A stretch of 64,000 bases of DNA, taken from assembly GCF_026571515.1 (NCBI RefSeq), contig NW_026857392.1:310001-374000 (forward strand), given 5' to 3'. This document shows positions 40,251 to 53,378 of this stretch, piece by piece. A program made the position numbers and the translations under genes. Numbering within the stretch: position 1 is the stretch's first letter; every line of letters begins with the position of its first letter. The notes under the pieces were generated by a model that saw nothing but the letters and a program-made list of their open reading frames with translations, did not search any database and was not told the DNA's origin. This DNA comes from Ruditapes philippinarum (lineage: Eukaryota).

Positions 40251-42640
40251 ACATCATTGTACAGTTTTATATAAGTTTATGGTCCATTCTGATTCGAAAG
40301 TGTTTATGTAATTATAAACAGGAAGGTATAATATATTTTCAATTTACATATATTATGAAAGTAGAGCATTAAAATTTGGTCATCAACCATATTTTGACAT
40401 ACATATCGCATATTGAATTATTTTTATATCATGTCCAGGTGTGAAAGTTTACACCTTATCCATGTATATAACAACATTTAACCTCCTTCAGGCTTGTTCA
40501 ACTTGATATTTATCTCCCTTTTAAACAGCCAAAGGGATCTTGAGTGCACGTTTCTATTTAAATCATAACTAATATTTACATAATTTATGATTATTGAAGC
40601 CTGGAGGGTGGGGAATTCATAACTTTTATTGTAGGTCAATAGAATAATCAAGTTTGTCACGTAAAAATAATGAAAGTTTGATCAAGATATGTTACACGGG
40701 CACAATAACTTTAATAATAAAGATGTACGTGCAATATTATACAAGATGGAATAGATATCAAATTAGACCATCAGGACAGGCCTTGTTAAAGCCATGATTT
40801 ATTGTGATATATCAGTTTATATTGGTCACATGATTAGTGGAATGACGGATGCCTGGTTGTTATTATCAATGTGCGTTCAATCAGTTAATTAACACTGTCC
40901 TGTTGCCATTAAATCATTTGGATTTTTATGTAACTTATATTTACATCAAGTAATATGTAAGTTAAAGTTATTTTTAATTACTGGTATTGTACAATATAGT
41001 ATTCATCTTTGGATGTTGATAAATATTAATTATTTAATAAAAAAAATGAGAGGAAGTTTGGTAAGTAGATTATATTATTCTTTGAAGACTGTAAAAAATA
41101 TAGGATAATAAGTTTTCAGCAAAAGTTGTTTTAGAGACAATAATTTATTTTTGAGTTGTTTGCAAAAAGTTTGTTTTTTTTGTACTTGTCACATATAAAG
41201 ATGAAACATGATATAAATGTCAATATGACATGTCAATATGACAAGAGATAATCTTTCTTTTTTGTGAGGTTGTTGCTTTTTTTCTAGTATTGTTTTTTCT
41301 AGTATTTAATACTGTTTATTTGTAAAGTAAGGAAATGTGTTAAGTTTATATTTAGGGATTGGATATCTAAATAGGGGATAAAGTAGCTATATTTTACATA
41401 ATCCAGGGTAATCTCTTGCTTTTCAATATGAAGGTATAGCATTAAAGACTTGCTGAGAAGGAAATCTGTATTTCCTGTCTTTACAGGGTTTTTTTTATAC
41501 TATACAAAATAAGGATATGAATGTCAAAATAGGGACTACAATAGATAGAAAATTGTACTATGATCAGAATCATCAAAATTACTAGTCGTTTTATTTATGG
41601 CCAGAAAATTACATAGTCAGCAACTTGGTGAAAGTTTTCGCAGGTCATTAAATTGTTACCTTCCATACTAAGATAGTAGTGGTAAGGTTCACCTCACAAT
41701 GGATATAGTAATGACAAGCTTCTGTCTGTAATTACAGTCAACATGGAGCTAGAAGCGGATAGTTTTGAAACTATTTTTTCAACAATATGTTCCTAAGTTT
41801 ACAAATAAAGGGATTAAAGCAAAGTCAATTGATGCTGTACCCTTGACCAGGGAGGATTGTGGGAAATTAGAATAATTACCAGATCAATAACAGAAACACT
41901 ATAGTCTGAAGGATTGACACAACACCACAGAAATAATCACCTTTAACATTGAATACTTTCAGAATCGGGATATGTCGAGAATTATTTATGAAAATATTGA
42001 CACAGATTAAATATAGAACAAATAGTCTATTACCACCTACATTATTTAAAATAAGGTTAAAATGAAGCCCAACTATGTAGTACGTGTATTTAGATTCCAT
42101 TTAGCCTACAGTAAATGTTTCACTATCTCCGTCATCTAAAAGGCGCATTTATTTTAATGTGTGAAAAAGCAATTAACTGCCGGTCCATCAGGAGTCCTTC
42201 AATCCGCCTAATCGAGCTACTGGTCGCACTGGAGGTATGTTGTCATAATTTGCGGTTTGTTTGACAAAAAGTGAATCTCAGTACAATTACCTTAAGGTTT
42301 AAGAAACCTGTCTTCTGTAAACAGTAGTTTCAAAAACGTTTTAAAAATGTTTAAAACGTAAGTTGATGAGTCTGTTGATTTGAATGATAAGATGTCACTC
42401 TGTTCTATGGCTATGGGCACATGGTGCACACATAATTAATTATTTAAATAAAAAGCCCACTATTAAAAGAACAAAAAAATGTTCTCAAAATATATTACAA
42501 AAGTAAACGATAAAATAACTTGTAGTTAAGTGATGGTCAAATTATTCAACTCCAATATTATAATCTTAAAGGAGATAAGGAGATTATAAAATTATGGGAA
42601 TATTGAGCAGGAAAACCATCTCTCGAATTCACGAGGGCAG

Positions 42641-42785
42641 TCCAAAATTGACAGTATGGCTTACAAGTCTGTTACAAAAATTTGAAGGGATAATATGGTT
42701 GCAGTATGCCTGCACCAAAATTGACAGCATGGCTTTAGTCTGTTACAAAAATTTGGAGCGTTAATATGGTTGTGGTATGCCTGCA
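42641..42785. repeat. Two-copy tandem duplication of about 73 bp
   Basis: CCAAAATTGACAG.ATGGCTT..AGTCTGTTACAAAAATTTG...TAATATGGTTG..GTATGCCTGCA occurs twice. Confidence 0.85.
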
Positions 42786-45448
42786 GTTCGAGTCATTGTT
42801 ATACAAGCTGTTAATGTTATACCAGAGTTATTGTTATACAGATACCCTACAATTTTCTACATTTGATTAGCTTAGTATTCTTTTGAAGTGCTTTATTATA
42901 ATAAGCCTGACCTGTTTTCTCGCTCTTAGTATTAGGAAAATTACATATGATCAGTCAAGAGAGCTTAAGAGAAAGTTGCAAATTACATGTTACACTCGTT
43001 TTAGTAGCCAATAATAGCAGTAAAGGCTTTCTTCTAATTGTTAATTATATGGTCACACTGTATTTTATTAGGGGACTTATTGGTTATTACCAAGGGGAAG
43101 CTGGTTTGAGGTTACTTTTGGTTTTGTTATAATTTGAAGATCCTGAAGTATCAAAGGATTGACAGTAAGCATATAACTTGTACAGAGGTCAAAATGACCA
43201 TAAAGGTATAGAGAAAAATATGTCACCAAAATATCTGATTTCTGTAAAATTAAGTCAGGAGATGTGGAAATATAAGTGAGATGATACTGTTATCACAAAT
43301 ATAGATGTAGATATATTATGCAGTGTAAAAAGTGCTATTACAGAGGACAAAGAGAAAGATCCAGGTAAATTAAATAATAGACAAAGACAAATTAAACTTG
43401 AGGGACTGAAGCAGGAATGGAGACATATGGGGCTTAAAAAAACATGGTAAAAACATATGATATTAATAATTATTTGAGACAGTTTAGTAAAGCATGATAT
43501 TTTAGATTATTTATGTTTGATCAGTGGCCATTGTCTGAAATAATGTCAGTATTGTAATCCATATCTTTAATTTCAAATACTGTTTAAAGTATATACAGAG
43601 AAACTTAATAAGTTGGTTGTCCGGTTGCTGACTTTGTGACATTGACGTTTTGCTTCTTTGGGATTAAATTCTTCAAAAACATCAATTAAAATCTCGGCAA
43701 TTTTTATAATGAGGTAAAACTCAAGTCCTTTATATATAATAATGTACGTCTCCTGTTAAAATTGTGCAATTAATTTTCTTCTTTTTTTTTCAACAAGATT
43801 GAAAACAACCTTAAATGCTTCTTCATTGAAAACATTTTTTTAATTTTCAAAAGTTCATTTGACATAATAACACAGAAAATTGCTTCTTCAAGTATTATCA
43901 GAACTATTCTATCCCCCATGCTTTTATTTTCATAACAAATTAAACTTGAACTAGATTTGTCGTTTTTAGGTTATGAATGGTCTATACAACATAAGTACAA
44001 AGTTTGTTTTATTTATTAGGTCAGAAGAGAACTTGGGACTTCATTTCTCAAATAACCGCCAACGGCCCTGGTCAAATAGCTACTTTATGTCAAACCAACG
44101 GGCAGGTGGTAAAAACTATATTCATGATAGAGGTATGGACGTGACTAAAATCTATATTTGGGCATAATGTTTACAAAATCACCAACGCCTGTATTTGCTT
44201 TTCTGGTCATAGCTATGGATCGCCACGTAAATATTTCTAGTATCGAAAGTGACCAGTCGGATGTTATTCTTTGTTGTGTACTGTTAAATATTTTCCCATT
44301 GCACTTTAAGATATGAACTCGATTTGATTTCTTAAAGAATTTTTAGCACTTCAGCATCTTAAAAAAGACTGTTATATGTACCGGTATATATGATTTGCTA
44401 TGAATAAAAGGTGTGGACAGATGTTTCCTCAAACCAACCAGTGCTTGGTGTTAGAAAGAAACACTGTTGTGATGCAAGCAGGCATTGAACCCACGATACC
44501 AAGTTGAGAAGTCACACTTCAACCACGTATTTTGAGCTATTTTCCCTTCTATAAAAATGATTGCCAAGAAGAAAAATAAAACAATTTCAATTTCTTCCCG
44601 ACTAAAGTGAAAGTCAAAATTAACTTTAATAGTTTAATCAGCATGTGTATTTTGTGACTGTACAACTTTATTTTATGCCTGAATCACACTCTCAAAAGAG
44701 AAGTTGTCGGAATAATTTGATGTAACTTTTGGTGCAAAAATGTACGGACACAGAAATCTAAGAGAAAGAATCTTATATTAGACAGCAATTTGCCATTATT
44801 TGATCAAGGGTGCAAACTTGAATAAAAATAAAATGTAAGGTTGTTATTATTTGACAAATTTCTGATTGATATGTTTAATTTGAGTTCAAGATGTACGTAC
44901 TCTTTCTTTCATTGGATGAATGGAACACTGTTGGTCTGTTCCCTAACAAAAATATTTAGAAATAATGTTATTCTTGCATGGCCTTTAGCCTGTGTGCTCA
45001 CACAATCACCATATGACCTGAAAAAAAGCGGGCCTTGGATCTAAGTAAATACTGAAAAGCAAATAACAGGGAGTAGAATTTTCATTTCAATATATAGAGA
45101 CATCGTTTTTCTTTATGTTTTTTTGGTATAAGCAAATACTTGTCATTCAGCTGATATATAAGTGCATTTTTGTGCATTTTTGCTTGACACTCGCAGCTTT
45201 TCAGACAAGTTTACAAATGGATTACGTACTGTTATATATTAAGCTATATTGAAGTTAACTTCGAAATTGTCTCGTATGTTATGTATTTAGACACAGATCT
45301 AAATTCTTCATTGGTTGTGAGAATGCCTTTCAACTGATCAAAGACAAATGTGAATTTAAATTGACCATCGACAAATTGCGAATTTTGATGGGGGACATGT
45401 TAGTGTTTGACATTGTTTGCTTGAAGTTTAGAGGTAATCCGTAACTTT

Positions 45449-45630
45449 ATTGGGCGTGGGTCGACATTTTGAAGTATGATACGCAATATTATTAGCGCGA
45501 TTGTTGACCAAGTGGATAAGAGAAGTTTGATTTGGTGAAAATATTGCAGTTTGACAACCTCTGATTGGTCATTTCGTGGCGGGATATACGTTACTAATCG
45601 AAATTTTTGAAAATCTTATCTTAATTCATT
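45449..45630 (+). promoter_or_regulatory. Candidate TATA-less promoter or enhancer cluster
   Basis: CpG-enriched patch with GGGCGTGG (Sp/KLF-like, 45452-45459), CTGATTGGTC (NF-Y-like, 45561-45570) and GGCGGGA (E2F-like, 45578-45584). Confidence 0.25.
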
Positions 45631-47903
45631 TTACGAACACTGTTTGAAGAAATGTGTGAATTACGCAGGGAATTTTTCTGTTGTGTCATTTTTAATACAA
45701 AGGAGTTAATACTGCTAAAAAAAACTTAAATGTTCATTGATTTACTTTGTTTAAGGTGTATTGCGATTGTTTTAGATAGAACATGAATCATGTGTAGAAC
45801 ATGAATCAAATGTAGATATAAGTGCTTGCTTGATTAACTTGTAAGTAACATGTTCACAAATCTGATGATTATCATGCCAAATTCCAATAAATCTATAAAA
45901 TTCATGATCAAGTCATTAAATTTGTTTACATATACATGACTAATGTAAACAGCTGGCTTGATTTTCAGTTATTTTACACACTGCCTGACAAAAGAAAAAT
46001 TATCTTTAGAGAATCGTGATGGAACTGGAAATTATTTTTTCATGAATATGATAAGAAATGTGATATAAAATGATGATATGGGAATTGTTATCTGAATGTG
46101 CATTGTTTGATACTAAATATAACTTACAGGGATTTTGTATCCTGTTTATTTCATTTTCGAAAGAAATTATTATATATTTTATTAGTCATTATTCTATTAC
46201 TTAATCGAGAGAATTGTTTTTTTTAAACATTTCTATATCTACCAACAGCTGTATGGCGGCCTTTAAAGAAAAAGAAAAAAAACTTTGATAATTGGGAAGG
46301 AATATTTTATGTTTAAGAAAAAGGACAAGAAAATTTGGAAAAAAAGATTGTTCTGCAATAGCTTTAAAACTTAAGTTTTACAAGTCTTTAAATAAATGGT
46401 GTTTAAAGACATGGAATTGATTGGACAGAGTTTTGTTTAGTGCTGTGAAATTGGACAGGAAATTCATAAATTAAATTTCACTTTGAAGTTCTTGATTAAA
46501 CGTATCTGGTACATTTTTTTACTGCTGTACAATCAAAGTAAAATGGCATTTTATTCAGCAGTTCAGCAGTTTGTTAGGGTATTTTTTATGTTTATTAGAA
46601 TTGGCAGTATGTGTGGAAAGGATTTTTAAATAAGGTATGTAGTGTTAAAGGACTGTTTTTGATTATTTGGATACTAAATTTCAAATGTTTAATGCAATAT
46701 CCACTAATATTAGAACTCCTTAATTGGCAATTCACTTAAAATTGACAGATAATTGTTGATTGTTTTACTTGCAAATTTAAGGCCACTTTTGTGGAGAAAA
46801 AAAATGCTTTATAAATATACAAGTAAAAGTACAACTAGAAATGAATTAAATTACATATATTTATGGCATATACAAAAGTACTACCCGAGGCAGTAATTGT
46901 ATTATTTCATGCAAACATTTACATTGTCTCAGGCCAATTCCAATCAGCAGCTATTTTCTTCAATTTACTAATGGTGACAATAAGCTGTCATTGGATTTCA
47001 ATAGAACTAAAAAAATATGCTTCGTGACTGTACACTTAATTGTTTCATGATATTTTTTTGCCTTTAAACCCCCTGGAGTAATGACCGTTTTTTTCTGAAC
47101 TAATAAGAGGATTGAAATTGTTACGAGACTTTTTGTAGACACGTGTCTTCAGCAGCACGTTGTTGCACTTTTATATCTACCTTGACATTTATTATAGAAC
47201 CCACAAATTTTTTTCAATACATGGAGCTTCCCTTTTTTTTTTAACGTTTTAGGGTAAAAATGATGAAAAATAAATGTTGGTTAACCATTAAACAATATTA
47301 GAGTCTGATCACCTACACTGGTTATTGAGGTGAAGTGTCAGTGCTTGGTTGGTTAACCAGTAGAACATAGTGCCAGGTTACATATCATTGATGTGATCAA
47401 GTTCCGTTTCTTGTTACATGCGTAGGTATACATAAATCCCTTCCTTGGAAGTACAAATGTTAGTTGTTATAGGTATTTATGTTACTCTGAAACAAATGAA
47501 CTCAAATTTGAAAAAAGCATGTTAGAGTACTGACTAATTATAAGAAAGTTCATAAGTGCTTCAAACTTTCCAAAAGTATGAATTTGCTTAATTTAGTTTT
47601 TCCTTTCACTTAAGTTGACAAAATAATGGCATGTTACACTGAGAGGGCACAGAAAATGGTTTGAACGTGAACTATGATCAAAGAAAAGTTGTAACAAAAC
47701 AATATCTCCAGTTTCAAGGGATGAACTCTTGTGATATAAAGATTAATGATTTGATACAGTTAATGTATGAATGCAAGAGCAAGACTTGTTGCTTATTTTG
47801 GTCCATAAATCAGAAGCAGCCTCCTGGACTAAGTACGTTAACCCCAGGATAAGGTTACCGGTAATTGGCGGCTATAGGGTCATGGCTGTAGATACCTGGG
47901 AAT

Positions 47904-47967
47904 TGACCTTTGACTCTGGCACTAATTGGATATAAAATAGTATATAATCTCCTTACACCACTCAGTA
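47904..47967 (+). promoter_or_regulatory. Candidate core promoter: DR1-like nuclear receptor site, TATA box and Inr
   Basis: TGACCTtTGACTC at 47904-47916, TATAAAA at 47931-47937, TCAGT at 47962-47966 (the A lies 33 nt after the first T of TATA). Confidence 0.35.
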
Positions 47968-48043
47968 AAAAGTGAATGTTTTTTGTTTTTTGTTCACTGG
48001 GAAATGTTCTTTGATATATTATTTATTCCTATATGAAGTTTTC

Positions 48044-48143
48044 ATGTATTCTCATCCTGGATTTGTGTTAAGAAAGGGCTTCTTTGAGAAAACGAGAATT
48101 CTTGCCATGTCATCATCGACATGCTGTTGCTATAGTGATCACG
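48044..48143 (+). CDS. Weak candidate alternative first exon (MYSHPGFVLRKGFFEKTRILAMSSSTCCCYSDH, or from the ATG at 48107)
   Basis: Lies downstream of a TATA plus TCAGT pair. In-frame gccATG at 48107. Weak phase-1 donor ACG|gtacca. A stronger donor AAG|gtatga after 48155 follows a stop codon. Confidence 0.25.
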
Positions 48144-49456
48144 GTACCATTTAAGGTATGAATTCGAGAAACAACCTGAAATTTTCCCTAACAAGTTGAC
48201 ATGAATTTTTAATTATTATGCAACATTCTTTGTTCGGAATTCAGCTCGGGGGGGAAAACCATTGATCATTTTCTGTGCGGATCATTTAACATCATGCTTC
48301 ATATTTCCTAAGGCCATGTTTGGAATTAATTAGAGACAGATCACGCTATTGATTTTCGAGGGTGTTTTTTTTTCGTATCTATTGAGCAATACTTTGAATT
48401 AAAACAGTGCTACAGGTGACTCATGGTTAACAAGAGGCTTGCAAGTTGCAGGACAAGCTCTTAAAGGAAGATTGATCATTCTGCGAGTAACAAGTTTCGT
48501 CTGGAATCGTGGCATTTTCTTGGGAATTTTATTGTTTTAATTTGTTAATTGCATTTTTATCTGAAAAAGGAATTATGGTTGAATAAATTTTTGTATTGAA
48601 AGGTAATGTGGCAGTATTTTTTTTGAAAGAGGTTTTGCTATTTTATTGCATAATGTGTTTCGGTACTGACCTTTAGTCTATGTTAAACATAGATCAAAAT
48701 TTAAGTAATGAAAACAAAATTAAAAGTTAGCAGCTTTTACAACAATATGTTGACATGAATAAGCAAAATGTCAAAAACACCTTTAGCAGTATATAAAAAT
48801 GTGTTACGTGAGATCCTACACTTGAAATTTTAATATTGAAAGGTAGCGTTAAAATTGTAAAAATTGTTACTTAATTCTTAAAGGACAGTTTCAGGTCATG
48901 AAATATCAAAGACGCTATCATAATATTTAGGATTACAGTTGGAGCATTTCGGGATTTATTTTAATCCTCGTTATTTCAGAGGATATCTAAATTCTCCTTT
49001 GCTTGTTTAAATATAAGGCAAAGTAGATCACCGAATTGTAACATTCTTTTTCTTATCTTGTACTTAACGAAAGGCAGTGCACGCTTTATATTGACTGGTT
49101 TTGGACTTGTTTTAATGCAAACAATTATCGGTCATCGTTGGTGATGGAACGGAATATTCTGTAGGATAAACAGGTTCTTTATTATTAAATTTCTTGCTTA
49201 TAATTGCAGGCATAACAGTTTGCTTTAAACGGAGATGTGATATTTACATTTTTAGAAAACGAGATAATTCTTATCGCATTTATTTCTGAATGGATTGAAG
49301 TATATGTATATATATAATGACAAAACTATTTGATAAGTTTGTGTGGTTCTAAATTGATGAATGAACATTCATGAAACATTATTTCTTGGACTACATTTAT
49401 GTAGAAATTAACGAAAATTTGGAATGAATCGTGTAGCGCAACTTGAGGTATTTATT

Positions 49457-49538
49457 ATGGATATACATCAAGCATTACTGGCCCTCTGTGTGAGGAATCC
49501 TAAAAAAAACAATGGTCGCAAAAAGAAAATTTCAAAAG
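49457..49538 (+). CDS. Putative alternative first coding exon (27 aa: MDIHQALLALCVRNPKKNNGRKKKISK)
   Basis: Start context attATGG, open for 82 nt = 27 codons + 1, strong donor AAG|gtgaga, phase 1 compatible with 53379. Too short to appear in the ORF track. Confidence 0.6.
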
Positions 49539-50527
49539 GTGAGATTTTCATATAGAGCTAGAGATAAAATTTATTTATTATGTACTTATAAAAGAAATGT
49601 TGAGAAATATTGATAATATATAATTTGTATTTTCATTTTCTGAAGTTTTCCTGTAAAAATTAATTTTTCACTGCAGTTAAACATATTTTCCATATTTTCA
49701 CTGGTGTCTTGCCGGCCGTCTTTTTCTTAAGTTCTGCCACTATATAAAATTTAAGCCACAGTGCCACTAATAAAATATTTATTATCATACCACTTGATGA
49801 AAAATCCTGTATTTATAGAATAAAATTTGAATATCCTCTAACAAGATATAAGGGGATTTAAATTAATTAATGTGTAATTAGATATAGGTATAATCAAATA
49901 ATGGAATATATGTCTTTTAATAATATGATAGAATTGCCAAAATTGGGACTATCTAAAATACTATATTAAAATCAGTATATTGTATGTTTATAATATTATG
50001 CAGTTTTACCTACAGTGAAACATTTCTAAAGGATTTGACATGCTTAATAATATATTGCAGTAACATTCTTTGTATCTATGTATTTTTTATACATTTGAAG
50101 TGTTTCTTTTATCTTGGTATATATTTTCAAATCTCTTACTGTTATATACCCCTTTATTTTGATAATCTTTAACACCTGCGATATTGCCTTGCCTGTATAT
50201 AGTACACCTTAATTCAGCTCAAATCCTCAACAAACAAACAAAAATCGGCTATCACTTTAATCATTTTGAAAGTTTGTCACTAATCCATATTTAACCTAGC
50301 TCAAAAAGAAACGCTAGAATTAGAGGAATTTTCTGTATTAACGCCTCTCACTTGACCTGATTTGCTGTGATGCCTCTATATGACTATGATGAGCATCCCT
50401 CTGATGACAATGATTCCCGATCGCCTCAGGAGAGCTTCTGTTTGTCATATTTCCTAATGTAAAAACAATATTAGCCGCTAATGCCGACAAATTAACACCC
50501 ACACGTATGACACTAGAAATACGATTT

Positions 50528-50762
50528 GAGCTGCGTCATGACAAAACCAACATAATGGGTTTGCGACCAGCATGGATCCAGACCAGCCTGCGCATCCACG
50601 TAGCCTGATCAGGATCCATGCTGTTCACTTACAAACCCTATAACAAGTAGAGAAACTGATAGCGAACAGCATGGATCCTGATCAGACTGCGCGGATGAGC
50701 AGGCTGGTCTGGATCCATGCTGGTCGCAAACGCATTATGTTGGTTTTGTCATGACGCGGCTC
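50528..50762. mobile_element. Palindromic MITE (about 100-bp arms), GAG..CTC termini, ATTT TSD, possibly Sola-type
   Basis: GAGCTGCGTCATGACAAAACCAACATAATG...CATTATGTTGGTTTTGTCATGACGCGGCTC, near-perfect inverted arms around a short spacer. ATTT at 50524-50527 and 50763-50766. Confidence 0.9.
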
Positions 50763-53378
50763 ATTTATCACGATAAAAACAACACAATTTTTGCTAACTA
50801 AATGAAATTTTGCCTGATAATATTTTATCCTAAGAACAACATGGTGTTTTATTGTCAAACTAATGAAAGTGTCTTACTTTTAAATGTCAAATAGCATATT
50901 ACAACTAATTAAGCAAAGAAAAGGACAAACTGATCTTCAGTAGCAGACAGGGATAAAAACATTCTAAAGCTCGCTAATGTCTATAATGGAAGTTCTTCCC
51001 TGATAGAGGAAGCAACAGTATATGTGTGTACTTTTAAAACTCCCTTTTTTCAGGTGATAATCATAACTTAAAGCTATAAAATTACATTTTAATAAGAATC
51101 ATCTTGCCCTGTTTTGAATTTAAAATTGGTTTTTTTTATAAAATGTAAAATTAGATAAAGTTAACTATGTATAGAAACCTCTCAGACAACGTTGATCAGT
51201 GCAGATAGGTCTTCCATTGCAGTGATGACGAACCAACTAGTTCATTTGGTCAAGATAATAGGTTATCTTCAAAGAATTGCAAAAAAAATTGAAATGAAAA
51301 AAAGAATGCTCTATCACTTCTTTTATTATCATTAAGGAAATGTTAAATATTTAGAGCATTTTAAAACTGTATGAAGATGAAAGCTTAGTTCTTGAAAATA
51401 GTCTGTAGAGTTCAATTTAAAACTAACCATAATTACTGGGAATGGCTTTTGCTAAAACAGTTGCATACCCTTGATACTGTATGTCCAGTTGGTGAAATAC
51501 CAGCGTCACTGAGTTAATTTAAAAATTTGTAACCGTTTCACTTTGAAGCTTTTACAATGTGATCATCTGAGTCAGTTTGTAAACATATTTGTAATCGATT
51601 GTTTGGTAAACTTGACCAGATTTCAACTTGACATATTAGTGAATTGTTTATCTTTCTCGAGTATCGGAACATGGCAACAAAATGAAAGTTTGATCGAAAA
51701 ACGAAGAACGCTATCAGTACTTATTGGAGACCTACTTTGGCCTAAAATTTTAAGCAGTCATGTAAATTGGGAAAAAGTTACAATTTTATCTCATAGTGCT
51801 GACCTTTTGGCTGTTCTTTGCTTACAAACTTGAAGATAAAATAATCATAAACTATCATAATTTCTTAAAATGACTAAGGTAATGTTAGTCATATGTTGAT
51901 AAATAGTATTAAATTCAATCAAATACACTGATTATAGTGAGATACCAGGCCAGAAAGAAATATTTTGAATAATTATTTGCATTATAAAGGGAGGTAATTC
52001 AAATTAAAAAAAAAATGGAATTTAATTGAAATAGTTTGGCTGCAAATTAAAGCACTCATTGAATTTGCTATTGTAAAATGTTTCCTATCTATAAAGTAGT
52101 GTCAATTTTTGTCTTGTGTTAAGAACTTTATTGACTAATTGTGACAATTAACGTGGAACGTGTCTAATTGTTTGTGTGGTATGTATGATATGAGTGTATT
52201 TGAATGTAAACAAGTGATTCCTATATACCTTAAACAGTTGTAAAGACAATACTTTAATTGATAAATGATGTACACATCTTCACAATTTGACACCAGATAA
52301 TGAAATTTTAATTGACATATCAGTATTTGATATCAGGGTGTGTCGCATACATATATCATATCATAACCAAAGTACATCAACTTAAATCTGTATAAATATG
52401 TTTACTTTAATGGTAATATACGCTACCTGCGTTTGAAAATTGTTCGGGAAGGTTAAACCCGATTTAGCAAATAAATATTATTATATACTGTATTTAAACT
52501 GTATATACCACAGTTTTAAGTTACCATTCAATAGATATATAAAAAATTATAATCTCTGTAAAGTTTATCGAAGGTTTATTTGGATGGATTTCAAGTTTTT
52601 ATCCTGCATTAATTAAAAAGACACTTCATTTGTTTTCATGGTCATTAAATAATGTGTTTCTAGCATCTATATATATATACGAATGATGAATGTAATTTTC
52701 ACAGCAAATGATGATGTGTTTTATTGCAAAATAAACCACGAATAACAAGACTATGAAACTTAAAATATCTTTCTTGTTGCAACATTTGCACATTCCATTA
52801 CATAATGATTAAACCTAGGAAAACTCTTGAACAAATATATAATACATAGAAAGAAATGATGCAAGATTAGACCAAAATAGATTAAAAAAACAATTATCTA
52901 CTAAAGTCTCTTTTAAGAGCCAATAAAATAATGAGTAATATAATTGTTTCTATGTGATAAGCATCATGTACTTTTAACGAGGAAGCTGATCTCAGTCATT
53001 TGAAACTTACGTATATTGGTTTCCCTTATGAAAATCCATGTTAATCATATATCTTAAATAATGCTATGTGTCATTAGTTGAAGAAAGAAGAAAGGGATAG
53101 ATTGTTTTTGATAAAATAAAATAAGATTTGAATAACAATTCTTTCAAAGAAACAGGCTTGTAATATTGGTTTCTTAACATTTAGATTGGTTCCCCTTAGT
53201 GAGCGCTATTGTACAATTAATATACCGGTACCTCTTAATATTGCAGGTATTTTTTTGATATTTTTACATGTGTTTAACTAATGAGACCATGTATTTATGT
53301 ATATTAAAAGAATATAGGTAACTCATAATTGTTGCAATGTGACTCATTATAATGATTTATTTCCTTGTATAATTTCAG

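Noticed and set aside
41046-41060. ATG AGA GGA AGT TTG|gtaagt as a first exon
   Set aside because: Only 5 codons and phase 0, incompatible with the SAM exon.
51040-51059. AG|GT recursive-splice-like sites (also near 11780, 34030 and 53246)
   Set aside because: Donor halves are weak and such words are frequent in T-rich introns; cannot be supported without nascent RNA data.
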